Positions 40,001-57,571 of a stretch of 64,000 nt of DNA are shown here, piece by piece. The stretch spans positions 117,118,001 through 117,182,000 of the forward strand of contig OX597822.1 of the NCBI GenBank assembly GCA_951406725.2, read 5' to 3'. Both the position numbers and the translations under genes were made by a program. Each line of letters starts with the position of its first letter. Position 1 is the stretch's first letter. The notes under the pieces are model-generated. The model searched no databases. It was given only the letters and a program-made list of their open reading frames with translations, and was not told the origin of the DNA. The stretch is from Octopus vulgaris (lineage: Eukaryota).

Positions 40001-41515
40001 CATGCTCAAATGGTGCTTTTTACATGTCACCAGCACAGGAGCCAGTCAAGCAGCACTGGCATTGGCCATGCTCAAATGGTGCTTTTTACATGTCACCGGC
40101 ACAGGAGCCAGTCAAGCAGCACTGGCATTGGCCATGCTCAAATGGTGCTTTTTACATGTCACCAGCACAGGAGCCAGTCAAGCAGCACTGGCATTGGCCA
40201 TGCTCAAATGGTGCTTTTTACATGTCACCGGCACAGGAGCCAGTCAAGCAGCACTGGCATTGACCATGCTCAAATGGTGCTTTTTACATGTCACCGGCAC
40301 AGGAGCCAGTCAAGCAGCACTGGCATTGGCCATGCTCAAATGGTGCTTTTACATGTCACCAGCACAGGAGCCAGTCAAGCAGCACTGGCATTGACCATGC
40401 TCAAATGGTGCTTTTTACATGTCACCGGCACAGGAGCCAGTCAAGCAGCACTGGCATTGGCCATGCTCAAATGGTGCTTTTTACATGTCACCGCACAGGA
40501 GCCAGTCAAGCAGCACTGGCATTGGCCATGCTCAAATGGTGCTTTTTACATGTCACCAGCACAGGAGCCAGTCAAGCAGCACTGGCATTGACCATGCTCA
40601 AATGGTGCTTTTTACATGTCACCAGCACAGGAGCCAGTCAAGCAGCACTGGCATTGGCCATGCTCAAATGGTGCTTTTTACATGTCACCAGCACAGGAGC
40701 CAGTCAAGCAGCACTGGCATTGGCCATGCTCAAATGGTGCTTTTTACATGTCACCGGCACAGGAGCCAGTCAAGCAGCACTGGCATTGGCCATGCTCAAA
40801 TGGTGCTTTTTACATGTCACCAGCACAGGAGCCAGTCAAGCAGCACTGGCATTGGCCATGCTCAAATGGTGCTTTTTACATGTCACCAGCACAGGAGCCA
40901 GTCAAGCAGCACTGGCATTGGCCATGCTCAAATGGTGCTATTTACATGTCACCGGCACAGGAGCCAGTCAAGCAGCACTGGCATTGGCCATGCTCAAATG
41001 GTGCTTTTTACATGTCACCAGCACAGGAGCCAGTCAAGCAGCACTGGCATTGGCCATGCTCAAATGGTGCTTTTTACATGTCACCAGCACAGGAGCCAGT
41101 CAAGCAGCACTGGCATTGGCCATGCTCAAATGGTGCTTTTTACATGTCACCAGCACAGGAGCCAGTCAAGCAGCACTGGCATTGGCCATGCTCAAATGGT
41201 GCTTTTTACATGTCACCAGCACAGGAGCCAGTCAAGCAGCACTGGCATTGGCCATGCTCAAATGGTGCTATTTACATGTCACCGGCACAGGAGCCAGTCA
41301 AGCAGCACTGGCATTGGCCATGCTCAAATGGTGGTCTTTACGTTGCACCGGCACAGGTGTCAGTCAGGTGGTATTGGCATCGACCATGAGTATAATTTCA
41401 CTTGATCTACAGGTCTTCTCAAGCACAGCATATTGCCCCACGATTGAAGGGTACTTTTAAAAGGGCCACTTATGTGACACTGGCATTGGTTATGGCTACT
41501 ATATCACTTGGCTCA
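28056..41515 (-). mobile_element. Family B retroposon hosting the 66-bp array
   Basis: Left flank GTGTAGTGGGTGCTTTTTATGTGCCACCGGCA matches B at 12742, 46600 and 57480; right flank TCACTTG..GGTCTTCTCAAGCAC resembles the reverse complement of B at 9730-9762. Confidence 0.8.
28062..41390. repeat. 66-bp minisatellite/satellite array, about 200 units
   Basis: Unit TCACC[A/G]GCACAGGAGCCAGTCAAGCAGCACTGGCATTG[G/A]CCATGCTCAAATGGTGCTTTTTACATG. Confidence 0.99.
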
Positions 41516-41667
41516 CTAGCATAGCTAGAGTGTGTCCCCTTCTGTTTCCACCACTAGACCCTGCAAAAAAAGCACATATTGTCTACAGCAGACCCAAAAA
41601 ATGCTGCCCCATTAAAAGTGCTGCCCGGGGCAGACTGCTTCTACCACCTACACTAGTGATTTGGCTT

Positions 41668-41706
<39 letters not shown>

Positions 41707-42049
41707 TATGTGTGTGTGTGTGTGTGTATGTATGTATATATGAAGGCGGTATGTATACATGCACACTCACACACATAGTTTGTGTGGATTAAAGGAAGTT
41801 AATTACCTTTTTCCCTTCCAACAACTTTTGTCTGTGTGTCTCTCTCCCTTTCTCTGCGATCAATATTTGGAGACAACAGCTGACGAAAGTAAAACTGAAA
41901 ATACTTACAATAGGTAGATGGCCATTGTGATATGATTAAGGGTAGATGTGTGGTGAGGGTGGGGAACAACCCGAGCAATGCGCTTTCGTTTTTTTTCTTT
42001 TTGTTTCCTCTCCTCCTCACTACTACTGCTGCTGCTCCTCCGCCTTCTC

Positions 42050-42340
<291 letters not shown>

Positions 42341-42755
42341 ACAACGACCACCAGCACCACCGCCGCAACCGCCACTGTCACCACCACTGCCACCCTCCTC
42401 CTCTACTTCTCCATCGAACTCAACAGCTGGTCATTTCATGGAATCGGATCCGGTATCAACTCTTTGTTGTCGTCATCTTGCCTAAATAATCCCCCCTCCC
42501 TTCTTGGTAACAGAACAGCGTGTGTGGGTGGGGGTACGTATGCCTTAGTTTGTCTTTTTTTCACTTAACACAGCACTGCTGCCATTTGCTGCCACTGCTT
42601 CTGCCTTGACGATTATGATGATTATGGCAACGACTATCATCAATACCTCTGACACCGCTGCCACGAACCATCTGCCACCCACGACATCATTGCCTTATAA
42701 GCAAACAGGCATATACATATGTGTGTATATATACATACATCTATGTGTGTGTGTG

Positions 42756-42870
<115 letters not shown>

Positions 42871-43095
42871 ATAGAAATTAAATATAAAATATAAATTACT
42901 AAGTGGGACAAGAATGCAAAAACACACAAAGAGACGACACAAAAAAAACAGACGGGTCACTCGAAGCATCTAATCTTCAGTCGGAACCGGATCATCTTAG
43001 CAATTTCAGCTAATCCAAACAAGAAAGCACAAAAAAACACAACGTGAGGACGTGGAACAAATATAGTATTATTGGATGCTCAGGAAAGAAGGAGG

Positions 43096-43130
43096 GTTTA
43101 ATGTTTTGAGCGGAGCTCTTCGTCAGAAAC
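43096..43130 (-). ncRNA. Minimal hammerhead motif, decayed, in a Penelope-like repeat (43005-43195); duplicate at 53989-54023
   Basis: Minus strand GUUU-CUGACGA-A-GAGC(UCC)GCUC-AAAACAUU|AAAC; same family as 11643, here with intact CUGA but GAAACG changed to AAAACA at CpG sites. Confidence 0.55.
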
Positions 43131-43198
43131 ATAGGAGAAGGAAAGATCCAGAGAAGGGAAGACAGAGGAAAAAAATCGCCAACGGTACACACAAGGTC

Positions 43199-43277
<79 letters not shown>

Positions 43278-43292
43278 TATATACATATACAT

Positions 43293-43364
<72 letters not shown>

Positions 43365-43395
43365 GTGTGTATGTATGTATGTATGTATATATATA

Positions 43396-43717
43396 CGTGG
43401 CACTCCGTCAGTTACGACAATGAGGGTTCCAGTTGATCTGATCAACGGAACAGCCTGCTCGTGAAATTAACGTGCAAGTGGCTGAGCGTTCCACAGACAC
43501 GTGTACCCTTAACGTAGTTGTCGGGGAGATTCAGCGTGACACAGAGTGTGACAAGCCTAGCCCTTTGAAATACAGGTACAACAGAAACAGGAAGAATGAG
43601 TGAGAGAAAGTTGTGCCAGAATCTTATGGAGCTTTAAGGTGTTTTCGCTCAATAAATACTCACAATGCCTGGTCTAGGGATTGAAACCACGATCTTACCA
43701 CTGGGCCATTGCACCTC

Positions 43718-43719
<2 letters not shown>
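43396..43719 (-). mobile_element. SINE family C, tail type 1, with internal deletions (duplicate ~54278-54601)
   Basis: Head GGAGGTGCAATGGCCCAGTGG; tail ...GTAACTGACGGAGTGCCACG. Confidence 0.8.
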
Positions 43720-43757
<38 letters not shown>

Positions 43758-43758
<1 letters not shown>

Positions 43759-44060
43759 TAGACAAAATATGATAACAAAGCCAAGGCTGTGAGATGTATT
43801 TTATATATTATATATTTTACATTTTTATTTCTACTTTCTTTCTCTTATTTCCCTCTCTATTCCCTCTCTCCTCCTTTTCCATAATAATTCCTTATTTCGA
43901 ACTCAAATATTTACTTCTATTTAACCATCTCACATTGTATCTGATGAAGGGATATCCATAATATCCCAGAAACAGCTGTAAGATTATATCTATATCTTTT
44001 TCCTTATAAATGTCCTGAAAACTCCTCACGGCCTTGGCTTTATTATGTCATTTTGTCTAA
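43758..44060. mobile_element. ~300-bp element with 36-bp terminal inverted repeats and an internal hammerhead, inserted in (TA)n (duplicate ~54642-54944)
   Basis: TTAGACAAAAT...AAAGCCAAGGCTGTGAG vs CTCACGGCCTTGGCTTT...ATTTTGTCTAA. Confidence 0.75.
43936..43986 (+). ncRNA. Minimal type I hammerhead motif (duplicate ~54820-54870)
   Basis: CUGAUGA-A-GGGAUAU(CCAUA)AUAUCCC-A-GAAAC-AGCU-GUA|AGAU: 7-bp stem II, palindromic stem III, weak stem I. Confidence 0.65.
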
Positions 44061-44209
44061 TATATATATATATATACATGTTAATACAAGACCCACATTA
44101 TCCTCACTTGTATCACTATCGAACCAAGAATTTAACTATGGTCTGTCCATAGCACTTACTTAATGCTACCTGCCACTCTTTGGGGCTTCTAGATAGCCAT
44201 ATATATATG

Positions 44210-44547
44210 AGAAGGGACTCCCTTCAGTCATGAATGACCATGGGATTTCACCTTGAGAGTTACCCTCCAAGGCACAAGTCTGGGCAAAGTTGTTTATGGA
44301 TGACCAGCAGTCGCCCATGCATACCAGCCTCCCCTCTCCACACCACCAATGTTATCCAAGGGAAAGACAAAGCCCGATACAGCTCGGCACCAGTGATGTT
44401 GCAACTCATTTCTACAGCTGAGTGAACTGGAGCAACACGAAATAAAGTGTCTTGCTCAAGAACACAACATACAGCCCGGTCGTGGAATCGAACTCACAAC
44501 CTCATGATCATAAGCTTGAAACTCTAACCACTGAACCATGCACCTTC

Positions 44548-44550
<3 letters not shown>
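44210..44550 (-). mobile_element. SINE family E (duplicate ~55094-55434)
   Basis: Minus strand GTGAAGGTGCATGGTTCAGTGG...GAGTTCGATTCC head; homologous to 1-238. Confidence 0.8.
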
Positions 44551-44606
<56 letters not shown>

Positions 44607-44621
<15 letters not shown>

Positions 44622-45114
44622 GAAATTATTGTATACAATGCTCAGGTGCATCACAACTCGTCAAAAGTGCGTATAAAGTATATGCAGTGATGTACAAATG
44701 TCTGGGAAGTGAACAGTGTATGAGTCAGATAGATGCTTGCGTGTGTATGGAGGGGAGAAAATCAGGTGTAGTGTTGGCGAATCTCAGAAAGCATGGAAGT
44801 TTTGAAGGATGCAGTGCTCCGACAACTAACAACTGATGCCGGCAGTTTGTTCCATGCTTCAGCAACTCTCAGCGTGAAAAAATGTTTCCAAAAGTCATGG
44901 GAGCTGTGCTGTTTTCTGACTTTGTAAATATGTCCATGGGTGTTAGATGGGTGGAGTTTGAAAAGGTGCTCAGAGTTATTGTTTGTACGATGGTTAATAA
45001 TTTTATGAGTGTCTGCCAAGTCAGCTGCCTGTACATTACTGCAGATACTTTATACGCAATTTTTGACAAGTTGTGGTGCACCTGAGCACTGTATACAATA
45101 ATTTCATTCATTAT

Positions 45115-45118
<4 letters not shown>
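44607..45118 (-). mobile_element. CR1-type LINE 3' end with an inverted copy of its tail at the 5' junction (duplicate ~55491-56002)
   Basis: ORF 44762..45019 THGHIYKVRKQ...KHFFTLRVAEAWNKLPASVV...FK resembles the CR1 ORF2 C-terminus; 44607-44696 is inverted at 45030-45118. Confidence 0.85.
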
Positions 45119-45166
<48 letters not shown>

Positions 45167-45612
45167 GCATGCATATACTTGTATGTGTTCATGCGTGTAT
45201 ATGCATACATAGATATAATATATATATACATATCCCTTGTTCCAATTATGTTAAACTGTTGTATGTCCAAATTTGTCTAAATGTATTTTTTCCAGTATTT
45301 AATTTTGCTTGCAATAGTCGATTCTTTTGGTCAAACTATTGTATCTCCAGCTGCTTCAGATGCCAAAATATCAAAAATTGTCAAAGTGTAGTTCAACAGT
45401 TTTACTATGGAATGGTGTAACTATTTTCCCATTTTCTGAAAAACCAACGTTTTGGACTTACAACACTTTTACTTAATAGCAACAATATATATACACGGTT
45501 ACATACCCTTGTTTATAATTTACTAATCGGCCATCTACATTATATATATATATATATTTTTATCCCTTAATGAGGTTGTTTTAACCTCTAATGAAATATA
45601 TATATAAATATA

Positions 45613-46008
45613 TCTATATATATAAAGCTGAAGTTGTCTGTGTGTGGCAGGTTTAGTAGCCTTCAACTAAAACTATCTCCTCCAATACCCTGCGGTGCAA
45701 GTTGACCAAAATTGAGAGTATGATAGAAGAAGGCTTGGTCTTCCTCCCGTGGAAGATAAAATTCAAATCGGACCATATTAAGACCAAAAATTATTTACAT
45801 CAAAAAGGTGCATTTTTTTTCTATGGAGATCCCTATTTTTTACGATTTTTTGACTGCTGTGTCACCATTTTCGGTGTATTTCAAACAGAAAAATGTTCAC
45901 TTAAAGAGAATAATAAGCTACATAATACAAAATTTTTACTTTTCAAAAATTCCGATTCTAAAGGGTCGAAAAGAAAACACACCCGAGCAACGCTGGGCTA
46001 TACTGCTA

Positions 46009-46009
<1 letters not shown>
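45613..46009 (+). mobile_element. Non-autonomous Helitron (duplicate 56496-56892)
   Basis: 5' A|TCTATATATATAAA; 3' hairpin CCCGAGCAACGCTGGG followed by CTAG|T. Confidence 0.85.
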
Positions 46010-46052
<43 letters not shown>

Positions 46053-46184
46053 GATGATAATGATGATGATAGCCATCCACTCATGACCGAGGGAGTTTTT
46101 AGGACCTTTAGTGACCTCTAGGAACATTGTGCGCTCTAGGACTAATTTACATGCATGCACACATATATACATACTGGCATACAA

Positions 46185-46215
<31 letters not shown>

Positions 46216-46434
46216 CATACATGCATACACATGTATATGTACTCATATGTATATATGCATGTATGTATGTTTATATGTATGTATATCCATCCACATGTGA
46301 AGAGACTTGTTGAAAATATTGATTTTTTTTCTTTCCATGAAATAAAAATCTCACCATTTTGATGATGTGATAGGTGTGAGACTCCAGATTTAGCTTGCTT
46401 GGACACAGAACAGGTTGTGCATTTTAGCCAGATA

Positions 46435-46691
46435 TCATCATCATCGTCATCATCATCGTTTAATGTCTACTTTCCATGCTAGCATGGGTTGGACGATTTG
46501 ACTGAGGACTGGCGAACCAGAAGGTTGCACCAGGCTCCAATCTTAATCTGGCAGAGTTTCTACAGCTGGATGCCCTTCCTAACGCCAACCACTCTGAGAG
46601 TGTAGTGGGTGCTTTTATGTGCCACCGGCACGTGGCCAGTCAGGCGGTATTAGCAACAACCTCACTCAAATCTTTTACACATGCCACTGGC
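46435..46691 (-). mobile_element. Family B copy cut by the gap (longer version 57315-57705 with about 4 sub-repeats)
   Basis: (CAT)n CGTTTAATGTC...GGATGCCCTTCCTAACGCCAACC...GGTGCTTTTATGTGCCACCGGCAC. Confidence 0.85.
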
Positions 46692-46791
46692 NNNNNNNNN
46701 NNNNNNNNNNNNNNNNNNNNNNNNNNNNNNNNNNNNNNNNNNNNNNNNNNNNNNNNNNNNNNNNNNNNNNNNNNNNNNNNNNNNNNNNNNN
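46692..46791. other. Assembly gap (100 N)
   Basis: Run of exactly 100 N, typical of an unsized scaffold join. Confidence 1.
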
Positions 46792-49700
46792 GTCACCAGC
46801 ACAGGAGCCAGTCAAGCAGCACTGGCATTGGCCATGCTCAAATGGTGCTTTTTACATGTCACCAGCACAGGAGCCAGTCAAGCAGCACTGGCATTGGCCA
46901 TGCTCAAATGGTGCTTTTACATGTCACCAGCACAGGAGCCAGTCAAGCAGCACTGGCATTGACCATGCTCAAATGGTGCTTTTTACATGTCACCGGCACA
47001 GGAGCCAGTCAAGCAGCACTGGCATTGGCCATGCTCAAATGGTGCTTTTTACATGTCACCAGCACAGGAGCCAGTCAAGCAGCACTGGCATTGACCATGC
47101 TCAAATGGTGCTTTTTACATGTCACCAGCACAAGAGCCAGTCAAGCAGCACTGGCATTGGCCATGCTCAAATGGTGCTTTTTACATGTCACCGGCACAGG
47201 AGCCAGTCAAGCAGCACTGGCATTGGCCATGCTCAAATGGTGCTTTTTACATGTCACCGGCACAGGAGCCAGTCAAGCAGCACTGGCATTGACCATGCTC
47301 AAATGGTGCTTTTTACATGTCACCAGCACAGGAGCCAGTCAAGCAGCACTGGCATTGGCCATGCTCAAATGGTGCTTTTTACATGTCACCGGCACAGGAG
47401 CCAGTCAAGCAGCACTGGCATTGACCATCGCTCAAATGGTGCTTTTTACATGTCACCGGCACAGGAGCCAGTCAAGCAGCACTGGCATTGGCCATGCTCA
47501 AATGGTGCTTTTTACATGTCACCGGCACAGGAGCCAGTCAAGCAGCACTGGCATTGACCATGCTCAAATGGTGCTTTTTACATGTCACCGGCACAGGAGC
47601 CAGTCAAGCAGCACTGGCATTGACCATGCTCAAATGGTGCTTTTTACATGTCACCAGCACAGGAGCCAGTCAAGCAGCACTGGCATTGGCCAATGTCAAA
47701 TGGTGCTTTTACATGTCACCGGCACAGGAGCCAGTCAAACAGCACTGGCATTGGCCATGCTCAAATGGTGCTTTTTACATGTCACCGGCACAGGAGCTAG
47801 TCAAGCAGCACTGGCATTGACCATGCTCAAATGGTGCTTTTTACATGTCACCGGCACAGGAGCTAGTCAAGCAGCACTGGCATTGACCATGCTCAAATGG
47901 TGCTTTTTACATGTCACCGGCACAGGAGCCAGTCAAGCAGCACTGGCATTGGCCATGCTCAAATGGTGCTTTTTACATGTCACCAGCACAGGAGCCAGTC
48001 AAGCAGCACTGGCATTGGCCATGCTCAAATGGTGCTTTTTACATGTCACCAGCACAGGTGCCAGTCAAGCAGCACTGGCATTGGCCATGCTCAAATGGTG
48101 CTTTTTACATGTCACCAGCACAGGAGCCAGTCAAGCAGCACTGGCATTGGCCATGCTCAAATGGTGCTTTTTACATGTCACCGGCACAGGAGCCAGTCAA
48201 GCAGCACTGGCATTGGCCATGCTCAAATGGTGCTTTTTACATGTCACCAGCACAGGAGCCAGTGCTTTTACATGTCACCGCACAGGAGCCAGCAAGCAGC
48301 AGCACTGGCATTGATGCCATGCTCAAATGGTGCTTTTTACATGTCACCGGCACAGGAGCCAGTCAAGCAGCACTGGCATTGGCCATGCTCAATGGTGCTT
48401 TACATGTCACCGCACAGGAGCCAGTCAAGCAGCACTGGCATTGGCCATGCTCAAATGGTGCTTTTTACATGTCACCAGCACAGGAGCCAGTCAAGCAGCA
48501 CTGGCATTGGCCATGCTCAAATGGTGCTTTTTACATGTCACCAGCACAGGAGCCAGTCAAGCAGCACTGGCATTGGCCATGCTCAAATGGTGCTTTTTAC
48601 ATGTCACCAGCACAGGAGCCAGTCAAGCAGCACTGGCATTGGCCATGCTCAAATGGTGCTTTTTACATGTCACCAGCACAGGAGCCAGTCAAGCAGCACT
48701 GGCATTGGCCATGCTCAAATGGTGCTTTTTACATGTCACCAGCACAGGAGCCAGTCACAGCAGCACTGGCATTGGCCATGCTCAAATGGTGCTTTTTACA
48801 TGTCACCATGGCACAGGAGCCAGTCAAGCAGCACTGGCATTGGCCATGCTCAAATGGTGCTTTTTACATGTCACCGGCACAGGAGCCAGTCAAGCAGCAC
48901 TGGCATTGGCCATGCTCAAATGGTGCTTTTTACATGTCACCAGCACAGGAGCCAGTCAAGCAGCACTGGCATTGGCCATGCTCAAATGGTGCTTTTTACA
49001 TGTCACCGGCACAGGAGCCAGTCAAGCAGCACTGGCATTGGCCATGCTCAAATGGTGCTTTTTACATGTCACCAGCACAGGAGCCAGTCAAGCAGCACTG
49101 GCATTGACCATGCTCAAATGGTGCTTTTTACATGTCACCAGCACAGGAGCCAGTCAAGCAGCACTGGCATTGACCATGCTCAAATGGTGCTTTTTACATG
49201 TCACCAGCACAGGAGCCAGTCAAGCAGCACTGGCATTGACCATGCTCAAATGGTGCTTTTTACATGTCACCGGCACAGGAGCCAGTCAAGCAGCACTGGC
49301 ATTGGCCATGCTCAAATGGTGCTTTTTACATGTCACCAGCACAGGAGCCAGTCAAGCAGCACTGGCATTGGCCATGCTCAAATGGTGCTTTTTACATGTC
49401 ACCGCACAGGAGCCAGTCAAGCAGCACTGGCATTGACCATGCTCAAATGGTGCTTTTTACATGTCACTGGCACAGGAGCCAGTCAAGCAGCACTGGCATT
49501 GGCCATGCTCAAATGGTGCTTTTTACATGTCACCGGCACAGGAGCCAGTCAAGCAGCACTGGCATTGACCATGCTCAAATGGTGCTTTTTACATGTCACC
49601 AGCACAGGAGCCAGTCAAGCAGCACTGGCATTGACCATGCTCAAATGGTGCTTTTTACATGTCACCGCACAGGAGCCAGTCAAGCAGCACTGGCATTGGC

Positions 49701-52232
49701 CATGCTCAAATGGTGCTTTTTACATGTCACCAGCACAGCCAGTCAAGCACAGGAGCCAGTCAAGCATGTCACACTGCACAGGAGCCAGTCAGCAGCACTG
49801 GGCCATGCTCAAATGGTGCTTTTCATGTCACCAGCACAGGAGCCAGTCAAGCAGCACTTTGGCCACAAATGGTGCTTTTTACATGTCACCAGCACAGGAG
49901 CCAGTCAAGCAGCACTGGCATTGGCCATGCTCAAATGGTGCTTTTTACATGTCACCAGCACAGGAGCCAGTCAAGCAGCACTGGCATTGACCATGCTCAA
50001 ATGGTGCTTTTTACATGTCACCGGCACAGGAGCCAGTCAAGCAGCACTGGCATTGGCCATGCTCAAATGGTGCTTTTTACATGTCACCAGCACAGGAGCC
50101 AGTCAAGCAGCACTGGCATTGGCCATGCTCAAATGGTGCTTTTTACATGTCACCAGCACAGGAGCCAGTCAAGCAGCACTGGCATTGACCATGCTCAAAT
50201 GGTGCTTTTTACATGTCACCGGCACAGGAGCCAGTCAAGCAGCACTGGCATTGGCCATGCTCAAATGGTGCTTTTTACATGTCACCGGCACAGGAGCCAG
50301 TCAAGCAGCACTGGCATTGACCATGCTCAAATGGTGCTTTTTACATGTCACCAGCACAGGAGCCAGTCAAGCAGCACTGGCATTGACCATGCTCAAATGG
50401 TGCTTTTTACATGTCACCGGCACAGGAGCCAGTCAAGCAGCACTGGCATTGGCCATGCTCAAATGGTGCTTTTTACATGTCACCAGCACAGGAGCCAGTC
50501 AAGCAGCACTGGCATTGACCAAGCTCAAATGGTGCTTTTTACATGTCACCGGCACAGGAGCCAGTCAAGCAGCACTGGCATTGACCATGCTCAAATGGTG
50601 CTTTTACATGTCACCAGCACAGGAGCCAGTCAAGCAGCACTGGCATTGGCCATGCTCAAATGGTGCTTTTACATGTCACCGGCACAGGAGCCAGTCAAGC
50701 AGCACTGGCATTGGCCATGCTCAAATGGTGCTTTTACATGTCACCAGCACAGGAGCCAGTGAAGCAGCACTGGCATTGACCATGCTCAAATGGTGCTTTT
50801 TACATGTCACCGGCACAGGAGCCAGTCAAGCAGCACTGGCATTGACCATGCTCAAATGGTGCTTTTTACATGTCACCAGCACAGGAGCCAGTCAAGCAGC
50901 ACTGGCATTGGCCATGCTCAAATGGTGCTTTTACATGTCACCGGCACAGGAGCCAGTCAAGCAGCACTGGCATTGGCCATGCTCAAATGGTGCTTTTTAC
51001 ATGTCACCAGCACAGGAGCCAGTCAAGCAGCACTGGCATTGGCCATGCTCAAATGGTGCTTTTTACATGTCACCGGCACAGGAGCCAGTCAAGCAGCACT
51101 GGCATTGACCATGCTCAAATGGTGCTTTTTACATGTCACCGGCACAGGAGCCAGTCAAGCAGCACTGGCATTGGCCATGCTCAAATGGTGCTTTTACATG
51201 TCACCAGCACAGGAGCCAGTCAAGCAGCACTGGCATTGACCATGCTCAAATGGTGCTTTTTACATGTCACCGGCACAGGAGCCAGTCAAGCAGCACTGGC
51301 ATTGGCCATGCTCAAATGGTGCTTTTACATGTCACCAGCACAGGAGCCAGTCAAGCAGCACTGGCATTGGCCATGCTCAAATGGTGCTTTTTACATGTCA
51401 CCAGCACAGGAGCCAGTCAAGCAGCACTGGCATTGACCATGCTCAAATGGTGCTTTTTACATGTCACCGGCACAGGAGCCAGTCAAGCAGCACTGGCATT
51501 GGCCATGCTCAAATGGTGCTTTTTACATGTCACCAGCACAGGAGCCAGTCAAGCAGCACTGGCATTGGCCATGCTCAAATGGTGCTTTTTACATGTCACC
51601 GGCACAGGAGCCAGTCAAGCAGCACTGGCATTGGCCATGCTCAAATGGTGCTTTTACATGTCACCGGCACAGGAGCCAGTCAAGCAGCACTGGCATTGGC
51701 CATGCTCAAATGGTGCTTTTTACATGTCACCAGCACAGGAGCCAGTCAAGCAGCACTGGCATTGGCCATGCTCAAATGGTGCTATTTACATGTCACCGGC
51801 ACAGGAGCCAGTCAAGCAGCACTGGCATTGGCCATGCTCAAATGGTGCTTTTACATGTCACCGGCACAGGAGCCAGTCAAGCAGCACTGGCATTGGCCAT
51901 GCTCAAATGGTGCTTTTTACATGTCACCAGCACAGGAGCCAGTCAAGCAGCACTGGCATTGGCCATGCTCAAATGGTGCTTTTTACATGTCACCAGCACA
52001 GGAGCCAGTCAAGCAGCACTGGCATTGGCCATGCTCAAATGGTGCTTTTTACATGTCACCGGCACAGGAGCCAGTCAAGCAGCACTGGCATTGGCCATGC
52101 TCAAATGGTGCTATTTACATGTCACCGGCACAGGAGCCAGTCAAGCAGCACTGGCATTGGCCATGCTCAAATGGTGGTCTTTACGTTGCACCGGCACAGG
52201 TGTCAGTCAGGCGGTATTGGCATCGACCATGA
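46792..52232. repeat. Second block of the 66-bp array, about 80 units
   Basis: Same unit and same terminal junction as the first array. Confidence 0.99.

Positions 52233-57571
<5,339 letters not shown>

Noticed and set aside
28118-41330. Array unit as a tandem hammerhead/retrozyme, or A/G variants as retro-copied A-to-I edits
   Set aside because: No CUGANGA/GAAA core on either strand; the A/G sites are explained by CpG decay and by the GACC form already present in edge units
28062-41390. CRISPR-like array
   Set aside because: Units are contiguous with no unique spacers, there are no cas genes, and the context is eukaryotic
48250-49870. Scrambled array units (also ~28270, ~28510, ~30900) as structural variants
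   Set aside because: The indel-rich pattern looks like long-read consensus error and is not mirrored in the corresponding part of the other array copy
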